From IMG/VR virus record IMGVR_UViG_3300036987_000531, positions 1 through 40,351 of that record: 40,351 nucleotides of DNA. The stretch is one strand, 5' to 3'. This DNA comes from a virus. Taxonomy: Duplodnaviria; Caudoviricetes. Below, one piece after another: positions 8,728 through 17,946 of this stretch (the first letter of the stretch is position 1; each line of letters starts with the position of its first letter). A model generated the notes under the pieces. It was not told the origin of the DNA. It saw nothing but the letters and a program-made list of their open reading frames with translations, and made no database searches. The position numbers and the translations under genes were made by a program.

Positions 8728-9048
8728 ATGATGAAATATCTCAAACTGTACGCGCAGTTTAAAGACGCCAGGGCCGCGATCGCGGCAGAGTATTCCATCG
8801 GGAAGATCCTCCGTGTGCTGCTGTCAAGGAAGGCAGTGGGGCCGGTCCTCATCCTGATAGGACAGATAGTGCGGGAATTCTTCGGCGTTGAGGTTGACGA
8901 GGCGGCGCTCAATAGCACCACCGATGCCATCGTCCTGCTCACTTCCATCGGCATCCAGGCCCACGGGGCGATCATGGCGATCGTGTCTGTAGTCAAGGAC
9001 ATTGTGCATAAAGTGAAAACAGCCAGGGAGGCTGCACCCATGAAATAA
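8728..9048 (+). CDS. Membrane protein in lysis cassette
   Basis: 106 aa with two hydrophobic stretches; GAGGAG RBS. Confidence 0.6.
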   Translation: MMKYLKLYAQFKDARAAIAAEYSIGKILRVLLSRKAVGPVLILIGQIVREFFGVEVDEAALNSTTDAIVLLTSIGIQAHGAIMAIVSVVKDIVHKVKTAREAAPMK

Positions 9049-9070
9049 GACAAGAACGCACATATTGTCC

Positions 9071-9260
9071 GCCGCTAAAGAGAAGCGGCATCAAGGGCAG
9101 CCAGCGCGCTTAAAATGAGCCCCCTGGAACCGGTACGCACGGGAAACACTTCCCTTCGTGACGTACCGGTCTTCAGGGGGCTTTTCGTTGTGACGCTTTC
9201 CCGGTAAGCGCATTACCGGCACCATACATTCGGGGGCCTGCAACCCGGAAAAGAGCAGGC
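9071..9260 (+). promoter_or_regulatory. Structured RNA leader/terminator upstream of the scaffold gene (four hairpins)
   Basis: Hairpins at 9071-9089, 9118-9182 (about 28 bp with bulges, followed by TTT), 9201-9219 and 9236-9260 next to the AAGGAG RBS. Confidence 0.65.
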
Positions 9261-9276
9261 AAAAAAGGAGTGACAC

Positions 9277-10359
9277 ATGGAAACAAACACAGCATTGGAA
9301 ACACCACAAGACGCCGCGGATCAGCGTGATGATTCGAACGTTCAGGATGCAGCAGAGAGCCGTGCGCCCGAGAACGAAACCGTAACATCCTCATTGTTCG
9401 GGGAAACCGTGACCGACGCCGAACTGATGGGCGAGGAACCAACAGAGGAAACCCCTGAAGAACCAGCGGAAAGCGGGGAACAGCACGAGGACACGGATGA
9501 CGCAGAGCCGCCCGCTGAGGAACGCAATGATGCCCCCGGGGAAGGAGAAACAAAAGAGGCGGTGAAGCCTCCAACGGGATACGTGCCGCTCGCCGCCCTC
9601 CACGAGGAACGGGGCAAACGGCAGGCAATGTCCTCGCGGATTCAGGAACTTGAGGCAGCGGTTGCGACCCTGTCCCAGGGCAAACCGGCAGAGGAACAGC
9701 CGCAGAAAGAAGAAGGACAGGCAAGGGAAGAGGAAGAATTGCCGCACGATTTCAAGGTATTGACCGCAAAAGAGTACCGCGATCTTGCCGAGAACGACCT
9801 GGTGGAAGCCCAGATCTACCTCCACAACCTGAACCGGTTTCAGAAGCAGGAGGAACAGAATCAGAAAGAGGAGCAGCAGAAAAAAGCCATAGAACAACAA
9901 ACGCAGGCCCTGATCCAGCAGCGCTACACCGAAATGGAACAGGCAGTGCCGGGGATATTCGCCGAGGATGGTGACGTCAACAAGTCACTCACCAGGTTTG
10001 CGGCTGACAACGGCATGGACGAGACGTTCGTCTCCGTCCTGACCGACCCCACCACCCGCATCGTCGGGGAGGACGGGCGCGTAGTACTCCTCGGGAAAGG
10101 GGCGGTGCAGATGCTCACCCTGCTCAACAACGCATACAAGGCTGTGAAGCCTGACGCAACAAAGGAAGATTTACTGAAGGCCCAGGGGGCAGCAGAGCTC
10201 CTGGGGAAAATACACAACACAACAACGGGCTATCGCAATATCGGGGGCACCCCTCCCGGCGGTTCGTCCGTGCCGAACGACCCGAACCGGGTTGTTACCG
10301 AGGCGGAGATGGCACGGATGTCACCGGAAGAACAGGAGCGGTACCTCCAGGGCAGATAA
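9277..10359 (+). CDS. Probable capsid scaffolding protein
   Basis: Acidic low-complexity N-terminus, VPLAALHEER motif, coiled coil, C-terminal MSPEEQERYL; immediately before the capsid gene. Confidence 0.8.
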   Translation: METNTALETPQDAADQRDDSNVQDAAESRAPENETVTSSLFGETVTDAELMGEEPTEETPEEPAESGEQHEDTDDAEPPAEERNDAPGEGETKEAVKPPTGYVPLAALHEERGKRQAMSSRIQELEAAVATLSQGKPAEEQPQKEEGQAREEEELPHDFKVLTAKEYRDLAENDLVEAQIYLHNLNRFQKQEEQNQKEEQQKKAIEQQTQALIQQRYTEMEQAVPGIFAEDGDVNKSLTRFAADNGMDETFVSVLTDPTTRIVGEDGRVVLLGKGAVQMLTLLNNAYKAVKPDATKEDLLKAQGAAELLGKIHNTTTGYRNIGGTPPGGSSVPNDPNRVVTEAEMARMSPEEQERYLQGR

Positions 10360-10382
10360 GACCCTAAATAAGGAGAACGAAC

Positions 10383-11462
10383 ATGGCAGCAACAGATTTT
10401 CCATTAAACGACCCATTGGCAGTGCGCCGGTGGAGCACATCGCTGGCCGTGGAAGCCGAGAAGAAGCAGTACTTCCGGAAGTTCATGGGCACCGACGAAA
10501 ATGCGCTGATCAAGATTCAGCAGGAATTGTCCAAGAAGGCCGGTGAGATGATCACCGTAGGCCTCAGAATGAAACTGGCCGGGGACGGTACCGAGGGCGA
10601 CAACATCATCGAGGGTACCAGTGCGGAGGAAGCCCTCAACTTCTTCTATGACGCGCTCTACATCGACCAGAGGAGAAAGGGCACCAAGTCCAAGGGCCAG
10701 ATGTCCGAGCAGCGCGTCCCCTACAACATGCGCAAGGAGGGCCGTGACGCCCTTGCCACGTGGTGGGCAGAGGACTACGACGAGCAGATCATGATGTACC
10801 TAGCCGGCGCGCGGGGGATCGATGCGTCGCTACACGCAGCCCTGGGGTTCACCGGTCGGGCGAGCAATGCGCTGACCGCGCCGGACTCAAACCACATCTT
10901 CTACGGAGGGAACGCAACCGGCAAGGCGGACCTCGACTCCGGGGACAAGATGGACCTCACCATCTGCGACAAGGCCGTGGCATCCGTGGAAACGGTCGAC
11001 CCGGTGATGCTCCCCTTCTCCGTTGACGGAGAGCTTGAGTATGTTTTGCTCATGCACGTGTGGCAGGCATTCGACCTCAGGGCTTCGGTGAGCGCCAACG
11101 ACTGGATCGACATCCACAAGAACACCGACGGCAAGGACAGCCTGATCTACAAGAATGCTTTAGGGAGCTACAACGGGATCGTCATGCACAAGCACCGCAA
11201 CGTGATCCGCTTTTCCGATTACGGCTCCGACGGGGCACAGCCCGCAGCCAGGGCACTCCTGCTCGGAGCGCAGGCGGGGATCATTGCCTGGGGAGGGAAC
11301 AACGCTCCCGGACGGTACACCTGGAACGAGGAGACTGACGACAGGGGCAACGCGCTGGCCATCACGGCAGGAACCATCTACGGGGTGAAGAAATCACGCT
11401 ACAACAGCAAAGACTTCGGGGTCGTTGCAGTGGACACCTACTGCGTCAACCCGAACGCATAG
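10383..11462 (+). CDS. Major capsid protein, N4-gp56 family
   Basis: VRRWS..L..EAEKKQYF.KFMG...ELSKKAGE.IT.GL.MKL.G...GD..IEG..EE.L.F..D...IDQ.R; C-terminal YGVKKSRYN..DFGVVAVDT. Confidence 0.92.
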   Translation: MAATDFPLNDPLAVRRWSTSLAVEAEKKQYFRKFMGTDENALIKIQQELSKKAGEMITVGLRMKLAGDGTEGDNIIEGTSAEEALNFFYDALYIDQRRKGTKSKGQMSEQRVPYNMRKEGRDALATWWAEDYDEQIMMYLAGARGIDASLHAALGFTGRASNALTAPDSNHIFYGGNATGKADLDSGDKMDLTICDKAVASVETVDPVMLPFSVDGELEYVLLMHVWQAFDLRASVSANDWIDIHKNTDGKDSLIYKNALGSYNGIVMHKHRNVIRFSDYGSDGAQPAARALLLGAQAGIIAWGGNNAPGRYTWNEETDDRGNALAITAGTIYGVKKSRYNSKDFGVVAVDTYCVNPNA

Positions 11463-11479
11463 GATAGGGGGGTGATACC

Positions 11480-11938
11480 ATGGCAGTAGTAACCGTACAG
11501 TCAAGTGCAGTATTGGCCGGGATCAAACCCGACGACAGAAGGGCCGGCGTTGTTTTGTGCCGGACCGGGTATTACAAGGCGGCAGCCGCCCTCGACGCGA
11601 ACAGCGTCGTTCAGATGGTCCCGGTGCCGAAGGGGGCGCAGATCCTCGACATCCACATGTTCGTGGGCGACTCCGGCGCAGGCAGGACCTTCGACGTGGG
11701 CGACGGAACCACCGTTGACAGGTTTCTCGATGGGATTGACCCGTCGAGTGGCCCGATCAGAAGCGACTACCACGAAGATGGCGACATGGCGTGCGTTGAA
11801 AATTATCAGTATGCCGCCGACGACACCATCGACGTGAAGTGGCTCGGTGATACCCTTGAGGCGAACCAGACGATCTTCATGAACGTCTTCTACAAGATGG
11901 GAGACACCATCGAAGACGAGCTAAACACCTATGCATAA
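11480..11938 (+). CDS. Probable capsid decoration/cement protein
   Basis: 152 aa directly after the capsid gene; VPKGAQILD...FDVGDG..VDRFLDG beta-sandwich pattern. Confidence 0.55.
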   Translation: MAVVTVQSSAVLAGIKPDDRRAGVVLCRTGYYKAAAALDANSVVQMVPVPKGAQILDIHMFVGDSGAGRTFDVGDGTTVDRFLDGIDPSSGPIRSDYHEDGDMACVENYQYAADDTIDVKWLGDTLEANQTIFMNVFYKMGDTIEDELNTYA

Positions 11939-11948
11939 CCGTGTATAA

Positions 11949-11985
11949 ACCGGGGCGTTAACGGGACACGATCCCGCGCCCCGGT
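11949..11985 (+). terminator. GC-rich hairpin after capsid/decoration genes (attenuator or processing site)
   Basis: ACCGGGGCG-ttaa-CGGGA-cacga-TCCCG-CGCCCCGGT; no clear U-tract. Confidence 0.45.
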
Positions 11986-12007
11986 CCCCTTATAAAGGAG
12001 GGCTATC

Positions 12008-12700
12008 ATGTCATTACTTATCGGAAGACCAACATGGCGCAGCAGCGATCCCGACAAGAACGCGCTCAACGCCATTACCCTTGGGCTCTATCAGCACGAC
12101 GGGCTTATCCTCGGGTCGGGCAAGTCGGCGTCGTACAAATCTACGTCACTGGCAGACAAGAATTTCATTTCATTTTACCTGGGATCATCTGCGCCATCCG
12201 GCACATCCCGGGGCATGTATTTGCGGCTTTATCTCACCGGCGGTGCAGGCGGAGAAGCGTTACGCGCCTTCTGCACGGTGAGCAGCAACACACCGGCGGA
12301 CTCGGTCAACGGTGCGCATATCTCGCTGAACTTCGGATCCTCAGCCGGGAACGTCACCGGCCTCGGGACAGCAGTGAGGGCAACGGTGCATGTGCCGAAC
12401 AGGTCCCTCGGAGGTACCGGGGCAGCGCTCCAGGCCGAGCTATACTCCGATGGCGCAAGCTCGACCATCGGGGGAAAGTGGGCCTGCGTGAGGCTCGTGA
12501 ACGGCGGAAACGCAACCGGTATCGCGGCCATTGACGACACTGCCTATGCCTTGAGCTTCTCGGGGTTCACCGGGGGGTCCGGCAACGTGATCGGCGCGGC
12601 AGGAGATGAACCAACGTGGGCTACCGGCAACACCGTCAAGATCAGATGCTGGGACGAAACAGGCAACCGCGCCCTGTACCTGATTGCAACACTGGCATAA
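12008..12700 (+). CDS. Gly/Ala/Ser-rich virion protein (possible head fibre)
   Basis: 230-aa ORF with AAGGAGG RBS, within the structural operon. Confidence 0.65.
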   Translation: MSLLIGRPTWRSSDPDKNALNAITLGLYQHDGLILGSGKSASYKSTSLADKNFISFYLGSSAPSGTSRGMYLRLYLTGGAGGEALRAFCTVSSNTPADSVNGAHISLNFGSSAGNVTGLGTAVRATVHVPNRSLGGTGAALQAELYSDGASSTIGGKWACVRLVNGGNATGIAAIDDTAYALSFSGFTGGSGNVIGAAGDEPTWATGNTVKIRCWDETGNRALYLIATLA

Positions 12701-12704
12701 CAAC

Positions 12705-12730
12705 GGGGGAGGGTGACTCCCCCACTTATT
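12705..12730 (+). terminator. Weak intrinsic terminator-like hairpin
   Basis: GGGGGAG-ggtga-CTCCCCC followed by ACTTATT. Confidence 0.35.
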
Positions 12731-12748
12731 GTACGAAAGGAGAAAACC

Positions 12749-13060
12749 ATGCGGAAATTTGACGTATCGGAGTATGAAGTGACCATACAGAACGGGCAGA
12801 CCATGCCATACCGCGTGAAGGATTCGGCGGTGACTGTACTTTTTAACCCGGACAGAAAGTTAAGTGCAGTTGAACTGCTCAAGACTAACACGCTGGCCCA
12901 ACGGATCATGGCGGCAGAGGGCCACGTGCTTCTCGAAGAGGCCGACTATGTTGAGTTGAAAAAAGCCTGCGAAACTGTGAGGGGGTATGGGAAAGAGGAC
13001 GTGGAATTCGTCCGAAGGATCCTCGAAGCCCCTGAAATAAATGTCGTCGAGGAGAAATAA
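12749..13060 (+). CDS. Hypothetical phage protein
   Basis: ATG at 12749 after AAGGAG; 103 aa. Confidence 0.7.
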   Translation: MRKFDVSEYEVTIQNGQTMPYRVKDSAVTVLFNPDRKLSAVELLKTNTLAQRIMAAEGHVLLEEADYVELKKACETVRGYGKEDVEFVRRILEAPEINVVEEK

Positions 13061-13064
13061 TATT

Positions 13065-13460
13065 ATGAAATACGTGAGACTGCAGTACATTGGAAAGAAA
13101 CCATCCCTGCACCTGACCATGGCTCGCCTCAAGGCAGAATATACCTTTGATAAAGGCAACGAAATGACTGCACCAGTAGAGTATGGCGACGCTGCCTATC
13201 TGTTACGAACAAATATAGCCATTTTCAAGGTTGTTGGCGGACCTTTCGAATCAGAATCACAGCCCACACTAAAGAACCAGGAAGAGCAGAGTGTGCCTGA
13301 ACCAACAATGATGGAAAAGAGCCCGAGCGGGGACACGGCGTCAGTATCACTTATCGGAGACAGTGTGGAAGATGATGGGCCTATTCCCGCCATAAAGGAA
13401 GCTGAAATAACACCTGCACCGGAAGGGCCAAAGGTAACGGTCAAAAAAGGGAAGAAATAG
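13065..13460 (+). CDS. Hypothetical phage protein with acidic/Pro-rich tail
   Basis: ATG at 13065 after GAGGAG; stop codon abuts the next start. Confidence 0.7.
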   Translation: MKYVRLQYIGKKPSLHLTMARLKAEYTFDKGNEMTAPVEYGDAAYLLRTNIAIFKVVGGPFESESQPTLKNQEEQSVPEPTMMEKSPSGDTASVSLIGDSVEDDGPIPAIKEAEITPAPEGPKVTVKKGKK

Positions 13461-14420
13461 ATGACCCTCTACGAATTGATCGTTGACTATGACGGAGCAT
13501 GGACAGCCCTGGAAGACGAGGCCACCGAACACTTTTGGGGCATCGAGGAACTGACCAACTATTTCAACAAGGCCGAACGGGAGGCAGCAGCCCGCTCCCT
13601 TTGTTTGCGCTACCGGCATACGAGCGACATATTCGGCACGGTAAACCCTGCCTTGCCAAGCAAAGAGGCCGACGCCTATTGCACGGTCGCCATCACGACA
13701 GGCATTGCCGAGTATGTCAGGAACCCGAAGATCATCGAGATCATTTCGGCGCGGTTAAAAGACGAAGAGTACCCCCTTTCCATAGTAACCAGGCAACAGC
13801 TTATGAACGTGGAAGGCGAGGATGCTTTGACGCTTGCCGCAGCATCTATTTCCGGGGTGCCCGAGTATCTCATTGCCGAGATCGGCACCGAATTGCTCTT
13901 TTGGCCCATACCGGACGCAATCTACACCGCCTATCTCACCGTTGCCATTCTCCCGCGCTTTCCCATGGCGGTACCTGAATACGGCTCGGACATCTCCTTC
14001 GACGCGGCAACCAAGCAGATCCGCCGCACTGCCGGCTCGTTTACAACCGAAGGCTACCAGGTTGGGGGAACAGTGAACGTCAACGGCTCCGCGAGCAATG
14101 ACGGAGACTACACCATTACCGCCGTTGCGAAAACCGCGCTGACCGTCTCGGAAACGATGGAAGACGAGGCAGCGGGGGAACCCGTGGTTGTGTCGTCCTC
14201 CCCCGAGATCCCGGAGCAGTACCACCGCGACCTGATCGACTACGTGTGCTACCTGGCATACAAGAAGAACGGGAAGAAGACCCTCGACCTTCAACGGTCC
14301 ATGACGCACCTGGAGCTCTTCACCGCCGTATTCGGTCCCAGGAAAACAGCATCAATCGAACAGATGAGAGTTGCGATGCAGCTCAAAGGACGCGGAGCAA
14401 GCAGCAAGTACCGCATATAA
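13461..14420 (+). CDS. Head-tail adaptor/connector protein with inserted beta domain
   Basis: W..EEL..YFN.AE.EAA, LFWPIPD..Y and PEIPEQYH..LIDYV.YLAY.K adaptor patterns; position before the nozzle gene. Confidence 0.7.
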   Translation: MTLYELIVDYDGAWTALEDEATEHFWGIEELTNYFNKAEREAAARSLCLRYRHTSDIFGTVNPALPSKEADAYCTVAITTGIAEYVRNPKIIEIISARLKDEEYPLSIVTRQQLMNVEGEDALTLAAASISGVPEYLIAEIGTELLFWPIPDAIYTAYLTVAILPRFPMAVPEYGSDISFDAATKQIRRTAGSFTTEGYQVGGTVNVNGSASNDGDYTITAVAKTALTVSETMEDEAAGEPVVVSSSPEIPEQYHRDLIDYVCYLAYKKNGKKTLDLQRSMTHLELFTAVFGPRKTASIEQMRVAMQLKGRGASSKYRI

Positions 14421-14432
14421 AAGGGGTAAGCC

Positions 14433-17216
14433 ATGCCGGAAGCAATTCCCTATAAGATACGCGCGATCCCCATGACGGGGAGGCTTATCGAGGCCCTCGA
14501 TCCCATCACCGTCGGCGAGAACTTCCGGGAGCTCAAGAACTTAAGGCCCACGGCGACGCACAAACGCGCAGTGGCGGGTATGACAAAGGTTACGACTGCA
14601 GCTCTGACCTTCGAGGACGCACAAAACCGGGCAGCCAAGATACGGAACGCCATCCATTTCGTCAAGGAAGAGCCCTACGAAAGCCACATCGTTGTCGAAG
14701 CGTACAACTACGCGGAGAACTCCCTGCGCCTTTACACCCTTGACGGAACAATCCCCAGTGCCGACACCTTCGGCACCATGCTTTACAGCGTGGCCGAGAA
14801 GTGGGAAGCAGCCGAAGAAATTGAAAAGGGCACCATCGTCTTCCCGACGACATACAATGGCTACCATTACGAATGTATAGACGCTGGTACCACCCATGGA
14901 ACCACCGAACCGACCTGGCCGACAACACCCCTGGCAACGGTCGTCGACAATACGTCCGTGTGGGTATGCCGGAAGGGGAGCCTTCACGGGGCATTTTCCC
15001 TTACAACGGACGGATCCCTCGTGTACGCCAACAGCGCAAAGATCCTTATATGGCCGGGAACGGAACACAGGGCCGGGGCAGTGGTGAACGCCAGCACGGC
15101 AGCTTTCCCCATGCCGGACATGGACGACATGTTCGATTTCACCGACCATCTTCAGAACACCTTCACCGACGACCGGAACGTCGCCATCGTCACCGGCCTC
15201 TCATACAGCCTCGGCGTGTACAGCGCAGACGTGTACATCGGGTCGCCGTATCGCATCAACGGGGCGAAATTTTACGTTCAGAACCCCGTGGGCTACACCC
15301 CGGCAACGCAAAACTGCGAGACGGCCTACTGGGCCAACGGCGGGATGCAGGATGTTTTGAACACCGACGGCACCAAGACCGGCACCAACACGCTGACACA
15401 AACAGGATCCGTTACGTTCTCGTCCGACACAACCGCCCTGGTTGAACCGGCCCTAATCTTCGGAAGGATGCTTTATTGGTATCGCTTCTGCTTCAAGAAC
15501 GTGCCGAACTCAGGGACAAACCGGCCCGTACTGTATTTCGTCACCATCGACGCGCCCATGCAATTATTGACGAATATATGGGACGGAACGCCAACGCCGC
15601 TTCTCGCGGCATGGAAAAGCCCCTCGACGGATAAGTACATCGACTACACCACCGTGGTGGCAGAACAGGATAACGTCAAGGTGTACGTCGGGAGCTGGAG
15701 AAGCAACCCGTCTTTCGCCATGAATCTCAGCGGCTTCAAGGCAGCCGACAGAATGTACTTTGGCAGCGCAGTGAGGCTGACGGGGTTGCAGATTACCATG
15801 TCACAGGATGACCGGAACAGAAGGGCGGCGATCATCCGCGTCGATTACTTCAACGGCACAACCTGGGTGCGCTGCGCGGACATCCGGGACGGAACGGTAA
15901 ACGACGGCAAATCGCTCTGGTTGTCGGGCACGGTCACGTGGACGCCCCCGGCGGCATCGCTGGAGTTCCAGACATGTGTCAACAACGATGTTGAGCTCTA
16001 CTATTACTGCGTGTATTGGTCAACATACCTATCGGACAGCGACGTGTGGGTAGACAAGATTGTCGGTATCCCCATGCCGGTGCCATTGACCGGAAGCACG
16101 GGAGCCTTCGTTGCCCAGGACAGGCTCTTCCTCGTGAAGGAGAACACGCTCGAATGCTCCCCCGTGAGCAGGCCGTCGGTCATAAACGGATCCGAACACG
16201 TCACGTTTACCATGGGGGACGAAAGCCCCATTACGGGCGGCTGTCACCTCTTCAGCATCCAGGGATCGGAGTATTACAGCCCCATCCTTGTCTTCAAGAA
16301 GACGGCCACCTTCCTTCTCACCGGCACCGGTCCCGATTGGAAACGCCACGAGCTTTCCCGGTACGACGGGCTGGCTGCCCCCGACACCCTGGTTGTCGCC
16401 AACCTCCCCATATCCATACCGGGGTTTGGCACAACCGTTGCCATCGGCCAGGGAGCAACCGGCATCTTCATAAGCGACGGACGCCCGCCGCGGATCGTGA
16501 GCCAGGACATCGAGCAGTATTTTGACCCGAGGCACGACGACTGCATACAGCCCGAGTATCTGGACAAATCAGTGGGCTTCATGGACTACGACCTTCTCGA
16601 ATACCACTGGCTGTTCCTTTCCGGCACGAATGCAACGCGCAAGGAAATGGTCCTCAACCTCCACAAGATGGAATGGTTCGAGATCGACCGGGGAAGCCAC
16701 CCCCTCGAATTCGGCTTTTCCGTGAAGGACACCTATAAAAAGCACTACACCTACGGCACGTGCAGCGACGCCTACGTCAAGCGTCTTGAATACGGCACCA
16801 GCTTCGACGGAGGCGACATCGTGTGTACCATGTGGCCCGGCGACGTTGCCCTTGCAGGGGACCCTACCATCGAGACACGGTGCGAACAGGTGCAGATCCT
16901 CTGCATGGCCAAAGAAGTTTCGACGGACGACGTGGAGTACGACCACTACCTCGACACGAGCGTGGCAGTCATGGACCGGGATATTACCATGGCCCCCAGG
17001 GCGGACGGGAAACGGGTGGCGAACATGATCGCCAAGGTGAAGTCGCCCTATGCAGTCTTCCATTCCGGCAAGGCGACCTTTTCCTGTAACGACGAGGACA
17101 TAGCCTTCGAGCCGCTCTTATGGATGTACCACTACGAGATCGAACACCAGCGAGTCAAGCCGAACCAATCAGACACGGCCTCGGGCAGGGCATGGCTCTA
17201 TAACGAAGGAGATTGA
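14433..17216 (+). CDS. Tail nozzle / DNA stabilisation protein with inserted carbohydrate-binding-like domains
   Basis: 927 aa after the adaptor. Propeller-like motifs (FVAQDRLFLVK, ILVFKKTATFLLTG, GIFISDG..PRIVS.DIE.YF) plus inserts. Confidence 0.65.
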   Translation: MPEAIPYKIRAIPMTGRLIEALDPITVGENFRELKNLRPTATHKRAVAGMTKVTTAALTFEDAQNRAAKIRNAIHFVKEEPYESHIVVEAYNYAENSLRLYTLDGTIPSADTFGTMLYSVAEKWEAAEEIEKGTIVFPTTYNGYHYECIDAGTTHGTTEPTWPTTPLATVVDNTSVWVCRKGSLHGAFSLTTDGSLVYANSAKILIWPGTEHRAGAVVNASTAAFPMPDMDDMFDFTDHLQNTFTDDRNVAIVTGLSYSLGVYSADVYIGSPYRINGAKFYVQNPVGYTPATQNCETAYWANGGMQDVLNTDGTKTGTNTLTQTGSVTFSSDTTALVEPALIFGRMLYWYRFCFKNVPNSGTNRPVLYFVTIDAPMQLLTNIWDGTPTPLLAAWKSPSTDKYIDYTTVVAEQDNVKVYVGSWRSNPSFAMNLSGFKAADRMYFGSAVRLTGLQITMSQDDRNRRAAIIRVDYFNGTTWVRCADIRDGTVNDGKSLWLSGTVTWTPPAASLEFQTCVNNDVELYYYCVYWSTYLSDSDVWVDKIVGIPMPVPLTGSTGAFVAQDRLFLVKENTLECSPVSRPSVINGSEHVTFTMGDESPITGGCHLFSIQGSEYYSPILVFKKTATFLLTGTGPDWKRHELSRYDGLAAPDTLVVANLPISIPGFGTTVAIGQGATGIFISDGRPPRIVSQDIEQYFDPRHDDCIQPEYLDKSVGFMDYDLLEYHWLFLSGTNATRKEMVLNLHKMEWFEIDRGSHPLEFGFSVKDTYKKHYTYGTCSDAYVKRLEYGTSFDGGDIVCTMWPGDVALAGDPTIETRCEQVQILCMAKEVSTDDVEYDHYLDTSVAVMDRDITMAPRADGKRVANMIAKVKSPYAVFHSGKATFSCNDEDIAFEPLLWMYHYEIEHQRVKPNQSDTASGRAWLYNEGD

Positions 17217-17218
17217 CG

Positions 17219-17860
17219 ATGCGGAGAAAATACAGCGCAACCGTCCGTGACCGACACGGGAATATCGTAGCCAGCGCGTCGGTTTCTGTTTTCCTGGCAG
17301 GGACGACAACCCCGGCGTCCATCTACACGACGCTTACCGGGGCGGTTGCCGTTAATGGAACCGTATCAGACGTGGCAGGCCGGTACATCTTTTACGTTGA
17401 CACCTTCGACTACGATGTTGATCAGACCTTCAAGATCGTTTGCTCCAAGGGCACCATGACGGCCCTTACCATTGACAACGTGTACATCGAGGACATCGTC
17501 CTCGGGGAATACGCCGTCGCGGCAGACAGGACGGTAACAACGAATGTAGCCCCGCCCAAGAGAGTTACTTACAACGTGGCAACCGGGAAGACGCTCACCT
17601 TTACCGGATCCTTTTCGGCAGGGCTGTACCCGGTGTTCACGGGTGCCGGCTCGGTAGTCTTCGGCGCGGGAGCGGTGAAAGAGTGCTGCCCTGCATGGTT
17701 TGGAACAGGAGCGGCGGCGGAAGCAAAGGCCCGATCGGCAATCGCCGCCATAACCTGGCCATTGGTTTACAAGCGGGTGACGCTGTTCTACGGCACGGGC
17801 GACCCGCCGGATGCGTCAACGGTCCCGGAAGGGTCCATTTACTTTCAGTACACCGCGTAA
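17219..17860 (+). CDS. Tail fibre/tailspike attachment protein (short)
   Basis: N-terminal VRD..GN.V..ASV.VFLAGTTTPASIY...SD..GRY.FY virion-anchoring domain; ends YGTGDPP...PEGSIYFQY. Confidence 0.6.
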   Translation: MRRKYSATVRDRHGNIVASASVSVFLAGTTTPASIYTTLTGAVAVNGTVSDVAGRYIFYVDTFDYDVDQTFKIVCSKGTMTALTIDNVYIEDIVLGEYAVAADRTVTTNVAPPKRVTYNVATGKTLTFTGSFSAGLYPVFTGAGSVVFGAGAVKECCPAWFGTGAAAEAKARSAIAAITWPLVYKRVTLFYGTGDPPDASTVPEGSIYFQYTA

Positions 17861-17869
17861 GGGATCATG

Positions 17870-17929
17870 AAAAATAGAGTTGTTAGAGATGATAGAACGC
17901 ATATCAAACAGTCTAACGGTTCTATTTTT
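17870..17929 (+). promoter_or_regulatory. Long intergenic RNA hairpin
   Basis: AAAAATAGAGTTGTTAGA pairs with TCTAACGGTTCTATTTTT (18 bp, three G-U pairs), plus inner stem TGATA/TATCA. Confidence 0.6.
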
Positions 17930-17946
17930 TCTAAAGGGAGGCCGTA

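Noticed and set aside
9050-9277. tRNA or known riboswitch in the structured gap
   Set aside because: No cloverleaf, T-loop (GTTCGA) or recognisable aptamer consensus.
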